A stretch of 64,000 nucleotides of DNA from a virus (lineage: Duplodnaviria; Caudoviricetes). The notes beneath the pieces were generated by a model. The model made no database searches, was not told where the DNA came from, and saw nothing but the letters and a program-made list of their open reading frames with translations. The position numbers and the translations under genes were made by a program. The stretch is taken from positions 12,511-76,510 of IMG/VR virus record IMGVR_UViG_3300015375_001377. One strand, given 5' to 3'. Shown here in pieces: positions 1-9,045 of the stretch; position 1 is the stretch's first letter, and each line of letters opens with the position of its first letter.

Positions 1-1
1 A

Positions 2-124
2 AAATACTGTGATTTTAGCAATGATTATGCAGCATTTAAGTTTTTCCTAAAATACGACAACACATTATACAAAAGTAAATATATTAAAAAATTTTTAAAT
101 TCTAAAACATTTTCACTAAGTTGA
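2..124 (+). CDS. 3' end of a hypothetical protein truncated by the window start
   Basis: Frame 2 is open from the window edge (KYCDFSNDYAAFKFFLKYDN...KTFSLS) to TGA at 122-124; no recognisable motif. Confidence 0.45.
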   Translation, partial: KYCDFSNDYAAFKFFLKYDNTLYKSKYIKKFLNSKTFSLS

Positions 125-148
125 ATATAAGCAGTTTTAGTTTATACT
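121..148 (+). promoter_or_regulatory. sigma70-like early promoter (TTGAAT-16-TATACT), 6 nt before GTG
   Basis: Motif and spacing recur at 793-820, 2039-2066, 2807-2834 and 3506-3533. Confidence 0.6.
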
Positions 149-154
149 AAGATA

Positions 155-796
155 GTGACTTCAGTTTTCGAGCAATTTATCTATAATTCATATTTAAAAA
201 GTATGAGATCTAGCAAAGGTAAACCGTACAAACTTAAGAAAAAATTTGATGATATTGAACCTGAAAAAGAATATTCGCTAAAAAAATTATCATTATTTTT
301 TAATTCACATAAAGAGATTAAGCCAGAAGAGTTTTTTCTAGCATCTTATAAACTATACCCCGATGAGCCGTTTTTTGACTTAAAATATTTTACAACCTTA
401 AAGGCAATAAAAGCTTATACCACATTTCAAAAAGATAGAGAATCATTAGATCCCGATTCTGAAGAGCAAATTAATTTTACTAAAGAATCAATTTTATATA
501 TAAATAAATTTTGTAAAGATAATAATATAGCTTTTAAGAATTATTTGACTCATATTTCTGTAAAAACACCAACTTTTCTCATACATTTAAAAGAAAGAAA
601 CATAAACATTTATTCTGTCATAGGCTTTAAGAATTTTGAAAAATACTTTTTTAGTATAGATAAAGAGATTTTAAACTTAATGTTCAATGAAAGCTTTATA
701 GATAACATTAGTACATTTAAAATTAAATTTTTTAATTCAAATAGATGTAAAATGTTAGTCAACAAAGCGTTAAATTTTGTTGTAAAAAAGACTTGA
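155..796 (+). CDS. gp59: T4 gp59-like helicase loader
   Basis: 213 aa (T4 gp59 is about 217 aa), directly upstream of gp32 as in T4; PTFLIHLKERNINIYSVIGF resembles gp59 SYIFKLLQSNIISFETFILL. GTG start. Confidence 0.55.
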   Translation: MTSVFEQFIYNSYLKSMRSSKGKPYKLKKKFDDIEPEKEYSLKKLSLFFNSHKEIKPEEFFLASYKLYPDEPFFDLKYFTTLKAIKAYTTFQKDRESLDPDSEEQINFTKESILYINKFCKDNNIAFKNYLTHISVKTPTFLIHLKERNINIYSVIGFKNFEKYFFSIDKEILNLMFNESFIDNISTFKIKFFNSNRCKMLVNKALNFVVKKT

Positions 797-820
797 TAAT
801 TTTCTTTTATATATTAATAT
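793..820 (+). promoter_or_regulatory. sigma70-like early promoter (TTGATA-16-TAATAT), 6 nt before the gp32 ATG
   Basis: The -35 box overlaps the TGA stop of the upstream gene. Confidence 0.6.
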
Positions 821-826
821 TAACTT

Positions 827-1708
827 ATGAATTCATTAACTAGCTCAATGTTTGAAAGTATTAAGAGCGCTCTCACTAAAGAGACTCAGTCTAATACTAA
901 TAATAAATATAAGGAAATTTTAAAGACCGAGGTAGGTAATACATATACAGTTAGATTATTACCTAATGTTTCTAACCCTTCCAAGACATTTTTTCATTAT
1001 TATTCTTATGGGTGGAATAGCTTTTCTACTGGCCAGCTTATTACAGTTGTAAGCCCTACTACTTGGAATGAGCGTGACCCTATTGCAGAAGAGCGCTATC
1101 GTATTTTACGTACAGGAACCGATGAAGAGAAGAAAAAAGCCGAAGCTCTTAAGCGCAGAGAACACTGGTTTGTTAATGCATATGTTATTAACGATCCAGT
1201 AAATGAAGACAACAACAATAAGATTAAAGTCATCAGGTTTGGTCGTCAGCTATACAAAATTATTATGGATGCTATTGAAGGAGAAGAGGCAGAGGATTTA
1301 GGCCCTAGAATTTTTGATTTGTCTCCCAAAGGTGTCAACTTTAAGATTAAGGTAGAAAAACAAGGAGACTACCCTACATATGTCTCCTCTAAGTTCACTA
1401 CTCCTAAAGAAGTTGAAGGTCTAGATGAGGACAATTATAAGAAAATTTATGATAATATTTTTGATCTTGAATCTTTTGTAACTCTTAAGAGTTATGATGA
1501 TCTTAAGGAGACACTTAACAAGCATTATTTTTGTACTGATGATATAGAGGATACAGTAGAGGCAGAAGAGACTCCTGCTCCTCAAATTCAAGTTTCGCAA
1601 AAACCAGTTAAGAAAGAAGTTAAAACTGAAAAAGTCATAACTTCCAGTAAATCAGATGATTCTAATAATGATGATGAAGCGCTTAAAGAGCTTCTAAAGG
1701 ATCTATAA
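827..1708 (+). CDS. gp32: T4-like single-stranded DNA-binding protein
   Basis: TVRLLP, SPTTWNERDPIAE, KRREHWFVNAYVINDP..N..K, FGRQLYKII, IFDL..G.NFKIK, Y.SSKF and acidic tail (DDEALKELLKDL) all match gp32. Confidence 0.92.
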   Translation: MNSLTSSMFESIKSALTKETQSNTNNKYKEILKTEVGNTYTVRLLPNVSNPSKTFFHYYSYGWNSFSTGQLITVVSPTTWNERDPIAEERYRILRTGTDEEKKKAEALKRREHWFVNAYVINDPVNEDNNNKIKVIRFGRQLYKIIMDAIEGEEAEDLGPRIFDLSPKGVNFKIKVEKQGDYPTYVSSKFTTPKEVEGLDEDNYKKIYDNIFDLESFVTLKSYDDLKETLNKHYFCTDDIEDTVEAEETPAPQIQVSQKPVKKEVKTEKVITSSKSDDSNNDDEALKELLKDL

Positions 1709-2052
1709 TGCAACAGTTCACTGAGGATTTAAACCCAGATGAGGCAAAGCTTATCGCTTTGCAATTTTTAGGTCAAAATATAGGTGAGTTAAAAGAGCTA
1801 GACAAAAGAATTATTAATAAAACACCTACATTAAATGGATTAAAAATAGATCCAAAAAAAGTTATTGACTCTATACCGTCTAGAACTATTGCAACTAAAT
1901 CTCCCACTCAACAGTTACCTGTACAAACTGTTAGTAAAACTGTTAAGACAGTTAAGCAATTACAAGCTACAGCATCAGATTCAGATTTGCCAATATTAGA
2001 AAAAATTTATAACAAACTTTGTGATATTGAGAATCTTCTTGCAATACGCTAA
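1708..2052 (+). CDS. hypothetical protein
   Basis: 114-aa ORF coupled to the gp32 stop (TAATG); no recognised motif. Confidence 0.75.
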   Translation: MQQFTEDLNPDEAKLIALQFLGQNIGELKELDKRIINKTPTLNGLKIDPKKVIDSIPSRTIATKSPTQQLPVQTVSKTVKTVKQLQATASDSDLPILEKIYNKLCDIENLLAIR

Positions 2053-2066
2053 GCTTATTTTATATT
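2039..2066 (+). promoter_or_regulatory. sigma70-like early promoter (TTGCAA-16-TATATT), 6 nt before ATG
   Basis: Same spacing as the other early promoters. Confidence 0.55.
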
Positions 2067-2072
2067 GTTTAA

Positions 2073-2804
2073 ATGCCTATAACTATTAGTAATAAAAATG
2101 ACTTTGTAAATAGCTTTTTGTCACCTATTAGTAAAATATCTAATAGTGCTGTTCTTGTTACCAAGGAAAATCAAATACTATCAACACTCTCTACTCCAGA
2201 TAATACTATTTTAGTCAACCTTACATTTAGTAATAAAGTTAAACTAACCCCTCATACGCTTAATATACCAGATATATCAAAGCTTGTACGGGTGCTGAAT
2301 ATCTTAGATGAAGATGATCTTATACTTACTGTTGATAGTAATAACATATCCTATAAATCATCTACATCTCGCTTTAAGTTTCATTTGTATGAAGACGGTA
2401 TTATAAGTGTGCCTAAGGTTACATTTGAAAAGCTTAATCAATTAACATTTGACGGCACTTTTTCAATTGATTATAGCACGCTAGTTAGCCTTATTAAAGG
2501 CAGTACTATTGCAACAGACTCTAATAAAATCTATCTTAGTTTTGATAAAGGTGATATATTTTGTGATTTGACAGATAAGAGTAGGCCTAATGTAGATTCC
2601 TATGGAATGAAACTTGCTAGCAATTATACAGGCCCCCAGCTCTCTATTCCTGTAGCTTTAAGCTTTGAGACATTTAGAATTCTTTCATCTATGAAATTTA
2701 AAGAACTTAAATGTTCATTTTGCTCAGCTAAAAGTATATTTGTTTTAGAAGCAACACCTAATAATTGTTGTATTAAATTTGTTATATCTGCGCTATCTAA
2801 TTAA
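2073..2804 (+). CDS. gp45: putative sliding clamp (gp45-like)
   Basis: 243 aa in the replication cluster; two-domain alternating beta/alpha pattern (LNIPDISKLVRVLNIL...SRFKFHLYEDGII) like gp45/PCNA-fold clamps; gp44 present in the window. Confidence 0.6.
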   Translation: MPITISNKNDFVNSFLSPISKISNSAVLVTKENQILSTLSTPDNTILVNLTFSNKVKLTPHTLNIPDISKLVRVLNILDEDDLILTVDSNNISYKSSTSRFKFHLYEDGIISVPKVTFEKLNQLTFDGTFSIDYSTLVSLIKGSTIATDSNKIYLSFDKGDIFCDLTDKSRPNVDSYGMKLASNYTGPQLSIPVALSFETFRILSSMKFKELKCSFCSAKSIFVLEATPNNCCIKFVISALSN

Positions 2805-2839
2805 TATTGAATTTTTAATATTAGTGTATAAATTGTTAT

Positions 2840-3208
2840 ATGGCGAATAACAAATTACGTACCCCTGGTTATTTTATTAAGAGATTAAGAGAAAACGGGT
2901 TTATAGTTGTAAGATTGTTTTCAGTTTACGGTAAGCACGATCCAAGAAGATGGTCCATTATTATTAATCCAAGCGGCGAGAGTGTAATTTGTACTTGCTA
3001 TACTAATAAAAATGAACTAGGAGAAACCTTGTTTGAATTTAATGATGGAGGCGTCAAGATACCTAAAAATATGTATTTAAAAACAGATAGTGTTGAAGTA
3101 GTTGTAAGCTTTTTGTTTGAGCATGGTATAAGAAACCAGAATTACCCAGGTAGAGATAGATACATACGTAAAGTCATAAATAATTATAACGCCAATGAAA
3201 AAACATGA
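2840..3208 (+). CDS. conserved-looking hypothetical phage protein
   Basis: 122-aa ORF with own sigma70-like promoter; well-formed globular sequence (YGKHDPRRWSIIINP). Confidence 0.75.
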   Translation: MANNKLRTPGYFIKRLRENGFIVVRLFSVYGKHDPRRWSIIINPSGESVICTCYTNKNELGETLFEFNDGGVKIPKNMYLKTDSVEVVVSFLFEHGIRNQNYPGRDRYIRKVINNYNANEKT

Positions 3209-3509
3209 CAAGAATAGCGATAAAAAATCTAACGATAAGTTAGATCCTCAGAGTCTTCATGAATTGACAAATAGTAAAATTATGGAGTATTTACAAAATA
3301 AATTAAACTCCAAAATGGAAACTCGCAAAGATTTAGATTTACTTAAAAGCACAGTTGAAGAGTTTTTAAACAGCTTTATTATTCTAGGTTATACCTTCGA
3401 AGGCGAGCCTATTAACATGATGCAATGCCACAACCAACAGGAAGCTGATAGCCTAGCAACCCTAGTTAACAAAGTTTTTATTCAGAATAATTCTCATAGA
3501 GAAGATTGA
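3195..3509 (+). CDS. hypothetical protein
   Basis: 104 aa, overlaps the upstream stop, normal codon usage. Confidence 0.75.
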   Translation: MKKHDKNSDKKSNDKLDPQSLHELTNSKIMEYLQNKLNSKMETRKDLDLLKSTVEEFLNSFIILGYTFEGEPINMMQCHNQQEADSLATLVNKVFIQNNSHRED

Positions 3510-3533
3510 TTTATTTTTGTTTTATAATAAAAT
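3506..3533 (+). promoter_or_regulatory. sigma70-like early promoter (TTGATT-16-TAAAAT), 6 nt before ATG
   Basis: The -35 box overlaps the upstream TGA. Confidence 0.55.
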
Positions 3534-3539
3534 TATATA

Positions 3540-4409
3540 ATGTTTAATATTTTAATTTTAGGTAAGGGATTTGTAGGAAATAGTCTTTATAATTATTTAG
3601 AAAATTTTAATAGTGCTGTAACTTTTGTCAACAAGGAAGCATTAGACTATACTAATGAGAGTGTTTTAAATAATTTTCTTAATTACAAAAAATTTGATTT
3701 TTTAGTTAATTGTTCAGGTTACACTGGCTTACCTAATGTTGATGCTTGCGAAAGCGATAAAGAAAATTGTTATAAATATAATGTTGTTGTACCTACGATT
3801 CTAGCTAAATGTTGTGATTTAAATAAAGTAAAACTTATAAATGTCTCCTCAGGCTGTATATATTCAGGGTACGATAAAAATTATTCTGAAGATGATATAC
3901 CAAATTTTGGAATTTTTAACCCTGATTCTAGCTTTTACAGTAAAACAAAACATATTTGTGAAACTGTTCTAGATAATTTTAACTCAATTACTTTGAGGAT
4001 AAGAATGCCTTTAAGTTGCGATAATAGTCCCAAGAATTTAATTAATAAGGTTTTAAAATATGAAAATCTTATATCATTAGAGAACAGTGCTACTCATTTA
4101 GATGATTTAAATAGATTTATTTTTCATCTAATAAACCACAAAGATGTTAGTAATCTGAGAGGACCGCTTAATGTTGTCAACCCAGGCACTATATCTTGCA
4201 AAAAGATAGCAGACATTATTTCATCACTTACTGACAAACATCCCAATTGGAAATTTGTGGATATGTCCGACCTCTCAATAAAAGCAAAAAGATCTAACTG
4301 TATTTTATCAGACAGCAAGATTCAAAGTTTAAATCTCGGTCTTAGGCCTATAGATTCTATTCTTACAGATACTGTTGTAAGTGTACTTAATTATGAATCT
4401 GCTATTTAA
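3540..4409 (+). CDS. NAD(P)-dependent NDP-4-keto-6-deoxyglucose 3,5-epimerase/4-reductase (NRS/ER-type, RmlD-like extended SDR)
   Basis: Rossmann GKGFVG; GYTGLPNVDACES, SSGCIY, SFYSKTK (YxxxK), LRIRMP, PKNLINK, NPG.IS and RSN match plant NRS/ER motifs (GVTGRPNVDWCES, GSFYSKTK, LRVRMP, PRNFITK, RSN). Confidence 0.85.
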   Translation: MFNILILGKGFVGNSLYNYLENFNSAVTFVNKEALDYTNESVLNNFLNYKKFDFLVNCSGYTGLPNVDACESDKENCYKYNVVVPTILAKCCDLNKVKLINVSSGCIYSGYDKNYSEDDIPNFGIFNPDSSFYSKTKHICETVLDNFNSITLRIRMPLSCDNSPKNLINKVLKYENLISLENSATHLDDLNRFIFHLINHKDVSNLRGPLNVVNPGTISCKKIADIISSLTDKHPNWKFVDMSDLSIKAKRSNCILSDSKIQSLNLGLRPIDSILTDTVVSVLNYESAI

Positions 4410-4665
4410 TAAATTTAAGCACCCTAAAAAAAAGACTGTGTACGCTGTTACAAAAGGTACTTATTTAGGCGAATTATTAGTTTTTATGGAAGAGGAATTA
4501 GAACTAAAATTTCTTACTCTTCCGAATATGATTATTAGAAGTATTCCTAGAGATAAGTTTGAATTAGGGCTTAAAGAAGGTATAGTAGATGTAGTCAAAA
4601 AGATACCAAACTATGTCTACAGCACTTGCAAGAAACAGTATTTGAAAAATAAAAATACTGCATAA
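4393..4665 (+). CDS. hypothetical protein
   Basis: About 90 aa; ATG at 4393 preferred over GTG 4381; overlaps the upstream stop. Confidence 0.7.
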   Translation: MNLLFNKFKHPKKKTVYAVTKGTYLGELLVFMEEELELKFLTLPNMIIRSIPRDKFELGLKEGIVDVVKKIPNYVYSTCKKQYLKNKNTA

Positions 4666-4673
4666 ATAATTTT

Positions 4674-4865
4674 ATGAATTTTATTACACCTAAGCCAATT
4701 ATATCACCTATTAGTGGGCAAATGTCAAAACCAGTTTTAAAAACATACATTAGAGAGGGTAAAGAAATTGTAGAAGCTGAGTATTATGATCCTGCTAGTG
4801 GTACTTTTATTAGAAAAGGCATTGTGTCTGTAAAAGATATAGCTCCTAAGACAGATAGTAAATAA
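4674..4865 (+). CDS. small hypothetical late protein
   Basis: 63 aa; preceded by TAAATA plus a 5-nt spacer. Confidence 0.7.
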   Translation: MNFITPKPIISPISGQMSKPVLKTYIREGKEIVEAEYYDPASGTFIRKGIVSVKDIAPKTDSK

Positions 4866-4902
4866 TAGTTTATTTTTAGTTAAAAGATAATATTATATTT
4901 GA

Positions 4903-5940
4903 GTGATATTGCCTCAAGAATATATAGTACAAAAATACTATCAATACGCTGGTTTTCCCAAATTTAAACGGTATACAAACACACATGAAGCTTGTTGTCC
5001 TATTTGTAGGGAAGGAAACAGCTGGGGGAAGAAAAAAAGATCTTATTATTTGGTAGACAAAAATGCAATATGTTGTCACAATTGCGGGTGGTACAGTAAC
5101 CCGTTTAAATGGATTCAAGAAGTTTCCGGTTTAACAGAAAATGAAATTTTAAAAGAGAGCAAAAACTTTGACACTGTCTCTCTAGATCTCTTACAAGAAG
5201 AAGAAAAACCTAGAACTTATACAGTAAAAAGACTCCCTGAAGATAGTATAAATTTATTTGACACTACTCAAGTAGATTATTACAAAGATGAGCCTGTAGT
5301 AAGAGATGCAATAAATTTAATAAAGAAAAGAAAATTAGATATCGCTATTAATAGACCGCCGACACTCTGGCTTTCTCTTACAGACAAAATTCATAAAAAC
5401 AGATTAATTATACCTTTTTATAATTCATCTAATGAGATTGTGTTTTATCAATCTAGAACCATATTAAAGAACGATACAAGGCTCTATCCAAAATATTTGA
5501 GTAAAGTAAATAGTGAGCGTGCTCTTTATGGTCTTAATAATATAACTCTTGATATAGATAGCCTTTTTATTTTTGAAGGCCCTATTGATGCTTTTTTTGT
5601 TAAAAACGGAACTGCTGTTTGTGGTATTCAAGAAAATAGTAATAACATGTTCTCCAGATTTCAAGAAGAGCAAATCTCTTCATTTAGTATTTTAAATAAA
5701 GTATGGGTTTTAGATAATCAATGGACAGATACAGCTAGCAAGAAAAAAACCAAGAAACTAATAGAATCAGGTCAAATAGTTTTTATATGGCCTGAAAAAT
5801 TAAAACCATTTAAAGATATAAATGACTATTGTACAGTTAAGAATTTAAAATGTATAGAGCCTGAATTTATTTTAGAAAATTCTTTTTATGGCTTAAAAGC
5901 TGAATTAGCTTTAGCTAATATTAATCGTTGTTTGATATAA
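4903..5940 (+). CDS. gp61: DNA primase (T4 gp61-like)
   Basis: N-terminal Zn ribbon CCPIC...CCHNC, IIPFY, FYQSR, KYL, TOPRIM FEGPIDA / DNQ..D, KDINDY. Confidence 0.92.
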   Translation: MILPQEYIVQKYYQYAGFPKFKRYTNTHEACCPICREGNSWGKKKRSYYLVDKNAICCHNCGWYSNPFKWIQEVSGLTENEILKESKNFDTVSLDLLQEEEKPRTYTVKRLPEDSINLFDTTQVDYYKDEPVVRDAINLIKKRKLDIAINRPPTLWLSLTDKIHKNRLIIPFYNSSNEIVFYQSRTILKNDTRLYPKYLSKVNSERALYGLNNITLDIDSLFIFEGPIDAFFVKNGTAVCGIQENSNNMFSRFQEEQISSFSILNKVWVLDNQWTDTASKKKTKKLIESGQIVFIWPEKLKPFKDINDYCTVKNLKCIEPEFILENSFYGLKAELALANINRCLI

Positions 5941-6325
5941 GATAGCCTTTGAGGGCTTGTGATAAAGCACTTAACTCTGAAGCAAGTCTTGAAATTTTCT
6001 TTGTCTCACTTCTAGCTATCTTATCAAAAATAGATTCACAACTAGCTTTGTGTAGTTGTGTTTGAACCGATGTACCATCAGTAGAGTTTAAGAAATTCGT
6101 AAACTCATCAATTTTACCAATCCACTCTTGAAGTTTTCTTTTTTGCTCTATCTTACTTGCATCAACAGCAGCTAATGCAGCAGCATCTACATCAAAATCC
6201 TCAGGCTTAGCAGTATCAAGCTGAGATGCCATCGCCTCTCTATCTGTACTAGGTACTGGTTGATTAACCTCTACATCTGCATCTTGCTCTAATAATACTT
6301 CAAAAGCTTTTCTAAATAAACTCAT
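5921..6325 (-). CDS. hypothetical late protein (possible internal head protein)
   Basis: 134 aa, late-type promoter at 5 nt; N-terminal F..AFE.LLE resembles prohead-protease-processed leaders. Confidence 0.7.
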   Translation of the reverse strand: MSLFRKAFEVLLEQDADVEVNQPVPSTDREAMASQLDTAKPEDFDVDAAALAAVDASKIEQKRKLQEWIGKIDEFTNFLNSTDGTSVQTQLHKASCESIFDKIARSETKKISRLASELSALSQALKGYLISNND

Positions 6326-6357
6326 ACAATTATTTATTTAATATAATAAATAATTCT

Positions 6358-6753
6358 GTGGAAAATCCATTAAAAGAACAAGCTGGTGATGGCACTATAA
6401 TGCCATATAATTCATGGGTAAAAGGCATTGCAGCTAGGGAATTTAGTTCTTCTAAAGTATTTTTAAAGGATATACTTAACAAAAAGCCTTTTGAGACACA
6501 GCATCCCAATGATTCTAAAGCTGATAACGTATTACCTTACCCGCTCCCGCACCTTGTAGAATCCTTGGGCTCGTCTGTTGTAAACACAGAGAATTCACAA
6601 AGAATGCTTTTAGACGCTATTAATAATCCGCTGTTGCAGGATGACCATAATAAAACATTGATTAATAAAAGTTTAGATATTTTAAAAAATATAAGCAAAG
6701 CTTTAAAAGAAGTTACTAATAATCTTGATTATTTAAAAATTAGTATAAAATAA
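6358..6753 (+). CDS. hypothetical late protein
   Basis: 131 aa, GTG start 5 nt after TAAATA. Confidence 0.7.
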   Translation: MENPLKEQAGDGTIMPYNSWVKGIAAREFSSSKVFLKDILNKKPFETQHPNDSKADNVLPYPLPHLVESLGSSVVNTENSQRMLLDAINNPLLQDDHNKTLINKSLDILKNISKALKEVTNNLDYLKISIK

Positions 6754-6757
6754 TTAA

Positions 6758-7186
6758 ATGCCTTTAGTATTACAAATACTAACATTTATTACTGTCTCAC
6801 TACTTTCTGGAATATATTTTTCTAAAATAGGTTTAAATTTTCTTTTAGGAGTAGCTGTTGGTTGCAGTATACAATTTATTGGTAATTATATCTTTGAATC
6901 TATTCTTTCTGTTTATACAGCTTTAAAAAATAAAAAATTAGAAAATGAGCGTATTAAAGAGTTTTCTTACCAGGGATTAGAAGTTGAGTGCCCTTGTTTT
7001 AAAAAAATAAAAGAGTTTGTACCAATAAGATTAAACACAGATAACAAATATAAATGTATAGAATGTGGAAAAACAGTTGGTGTTTTAGTTGAAGCAACAA
7101 CAGCTGTTACAACTGAACCTATTTACAGCCCAGAGCAGTTAGAAGAAACCTTAGTAAATATTGCTAACAAAAATGAAAATACCTAA
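6758..7186 (+). CDS. hypothetical membrane protein with C-terminal Cys motif (CxC...CxxC, possible Zn ribbon)
   Basis: Two hydrophobic N-terminal segments; ECPC...KCIECG. Confidence 0.7.
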   Translation: MPLVLQILTFITVSLLSGIYFSKIGLNFLLGVAVGCSIQFIGNYIFESILSVYTALKNKKLENERIKEFSYQGLEVECPCFKKIKEFVPIRLNTDNKYKCIECGKTVGVLVEATTAVTTEPIYSPEQLEETLVNIANKNENT

Positions 7187-7616
7187 TAGCATCCAAGACC
7201 TTACTACGGAAAGACCAGCTACCTCATTAGATTTTTCCAAATCACCTTCATTTAATACTCAGCGTTTTTTTGAATGTATTAAGGATATAATTCCTTTAGA
7301 ATATAGAAAATTTTTTGATAAAGGCTATAATTTTTATAAACTAAGTAATAGTAGTGATTTGGCATTTTTAAAAACTATATTTTATCTTTATATTGATTTT
7401 TATAAGGAATCTTTACGTAATTCTAATATAGATGTTGAAAAACAAGAAGTTACAATAAAAAGCTTGGATCTTATTTTTAAAAATGTTGAAAATAGTTTTG
7501 AAATATTTAATAATCTTTTGCAGCAGCAAAAAATAGATAAAAAAACATTTGACATAAATCAGATTTTCATGATAATTATAGGATATGCGATATCTAACAT
7601 CCAAAAATCAAATTAA
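7173..7616 (+). CDS. hypothetical protein
   Basis: About 147 aa; ATG 7173 overlaps the upstream gene end (track start 7161 is TTG). Confidence 0.65.
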   Translation: MKIPNSIQDLTTERPATSLDFSKSPSFNTQRFFECIKDIIPLEYRKFFDKGYNFYKLSNSSDLAFLKTIFYLYIDFYKESLRNSNIDVEKQEVTIKSLDLIFKNVENSFEIFNNLLQQQKIDKKTFDINQIFMIIIGYAISNIQKSN

Positions 7617-7908
7617 GTTTACTACTAAAAATAAAGAAGAGGAAATGACTCTAGATGAGTATTCTAGGTGGTTATGTCTGCTTGAGGGTGTTGAGCTTGT
7701 ATCTAAGAAAGCGCAAGAGATTAATATTAATGTTAATACAAGCATGGAATGGATTAAGCCGCTAGCTTTTCAAAAATATATTGAAGAACGCTTTGAGTCT
7801 ATGAAAGACGAAGTAGAGCATTTTGAAAATAACCCTGATGCTGAAGCTATTAATAATAACAAAATCTCAATTTACAGTAAAAACAAGGAACCCTTACTTA
7901 CAAATTAA
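7585..7908 (+). CDS. hypothetical protein
   Basis: 107 aa; alternative start at 7645 (MTLDEYSRW); WIKPLAFQKYIEER looks like a conserved core. Confidence 0.7.
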   Translation: MRYLTSKNQIKFTTKNKEEEMTLDEYSRWLCLLEGVELVSKKAQEININVNTSMEWIKPLAFQKYIEERFESMKDEVEHFENNPDAEAINNNKISIYSKNKEPLLTN

Positions 7909-8639
7909 TAACCACCGTAAACATCTCCATAATCTGTTTTTGTGTAGTCAAATATCTTTTTACTAGCTTCATCTACATTAAAAGAATAATTTTTATCTGC
8001 ACCTAGTACGTTAGGATCAGGGTTTTTAGCATCATCAAAAACCTGCTGATTAACAGCATCTCCAGATAGCCCTGGTTCAAAAGAATATTCAAATCTCTTA
8101 GCTTTTATTAACCATACATAGTGACCCATCAAGGGATTTATTTGGGCACTATCCTCATCAAGCCTTTCTGTTATTTCAAAATACTTACCATTCCTACCCC
8201 CAGGCCTGTCATTACCATATTCTGCAAGTTGAAATACATCTCCAGATTTTGGCTCTTTACCCTCACCAAATGTCGCATAAAAAGATGATATGTGAATAAA
8301 ACCTGTTAACTCGTCATCAGATTGTAGCCCATATTTAGATAGTAAGATAGCGTTGTCGTTTAATGAAACTAACATTTTTATAGTGACAGGAGGCGAATAT
8401 TGCTGTAATGGCTGCTCACCATATAGAGCATCTGAACCAGATAGAGTGAAATTATTAACTATATAACTAATTTTTTGGCCGTAAAGAGTTATTTGCTCGA
8501 GCCAATAATTATTATACAGAAGCCTATCACCGTCTGTTTTGTCTTTATCAACAAAACTAAAACAATCATTAGGATTTTGATTAGAATAAGGATAGGTTTT
8601 TAGCTCTATATTTCCTGCTTGATATCCCTGACAGCTCAT
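7905..8639 (-). CDS. gp14: neck protein / head closure (T4 gp14-like)
   Basis: YGQKISYI, LYGE, SKYGLQSDDELTGFI, PKSGDVF, FEIT and YVW.IKAKRFEYS.E match gp14-family motifs. Confidence 0.8.
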   Translation of the reverse strand: MSCQGYQAGNIELKTYPYSNQNPNDCFSFVDKDKTDGDRLLYNNYWLEQITLYGQKISYIVNNFTLSGSDALYGEQPLQQYSPPVTIKMLVSLNDNAILLSKYGLQSDDELTGFIHISSFYATFGEGKEPKSGDVFQLAEYGNDRPGGRNGKYFEITERLDEDSAQINPLMGHYVWLIKAKRFEYSFEPGLSGDAVNQQVFDDAKNPDPNVLGADKNYSFNVDEASKKIFDYTKTDYGDVYGGY

Positions 8640-8981
8640 TTATCTTACCTTTCTTAAAATAAAACCACCCCTAAAAGGTGTAATCATAATTCCAGTGTTA
8701 CCAAGCATGTGTGACTTAGAAAACCACTCTTCAGGACTAACGTTAAATTTTGTTAAAAGTTCAACTGCATCTGACTTTGTAATACCCTTAGTATTTGAAG
8801 CACTATTATTCTTCAAGCTTCTAAATGCTTCAGGTTCATTTTTGGTTTTATGAATATCAGGAATTGGCTTTTCCGGTTTCGATGTATTTAACAAACCATC
8901 ATCTTTCATATGTCTTGCACCTAGAGTACCTAGGTTGTTAGGTTTTAGAAATTTAGTATTTAAAAATTCTAAAAAAGTCAT
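8640..8981 (-). CDS. hypothetical basic late protein (possible internal head protein)
   Basis: 113 aa; starts MTFLEFL, like the T4 capsid-targeting sequence (MKTYQEF); late promoter at 5 nt. Confidence 0.65.
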   Translation of the reverse strand: MTFLEFLNTKFLKPNNLGTLGARHMKDDGLLNTSKPEKPIPDIHKTKNEPEAFRSLKNNSASNTKGITKSDAVELLTKFNVSPEEWFSKSHMLGNTGIMITPFRGGFILRKVR

Positions 8982-8995
8982 AAAAGTATTTAATC

Positions 8996-9028
8996 AAAAA
9001 AAAAGCCTAACTTGCGTTAGGCTTTTTT
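8996..9028 (-). terminator. Rho-independent terminator (probably bidirectional)
   Basis: Minus strand GCCTAAC-GCAA-GTTAGGC followed by a 9-nt T run (GNRA tetraloop), 18 nt after the stop of 9046..9921; plus strand also ends in TTTTTT. Confidence 0.85.
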
Positions 9029-9045
9029 CTACACCAACCAACAAA

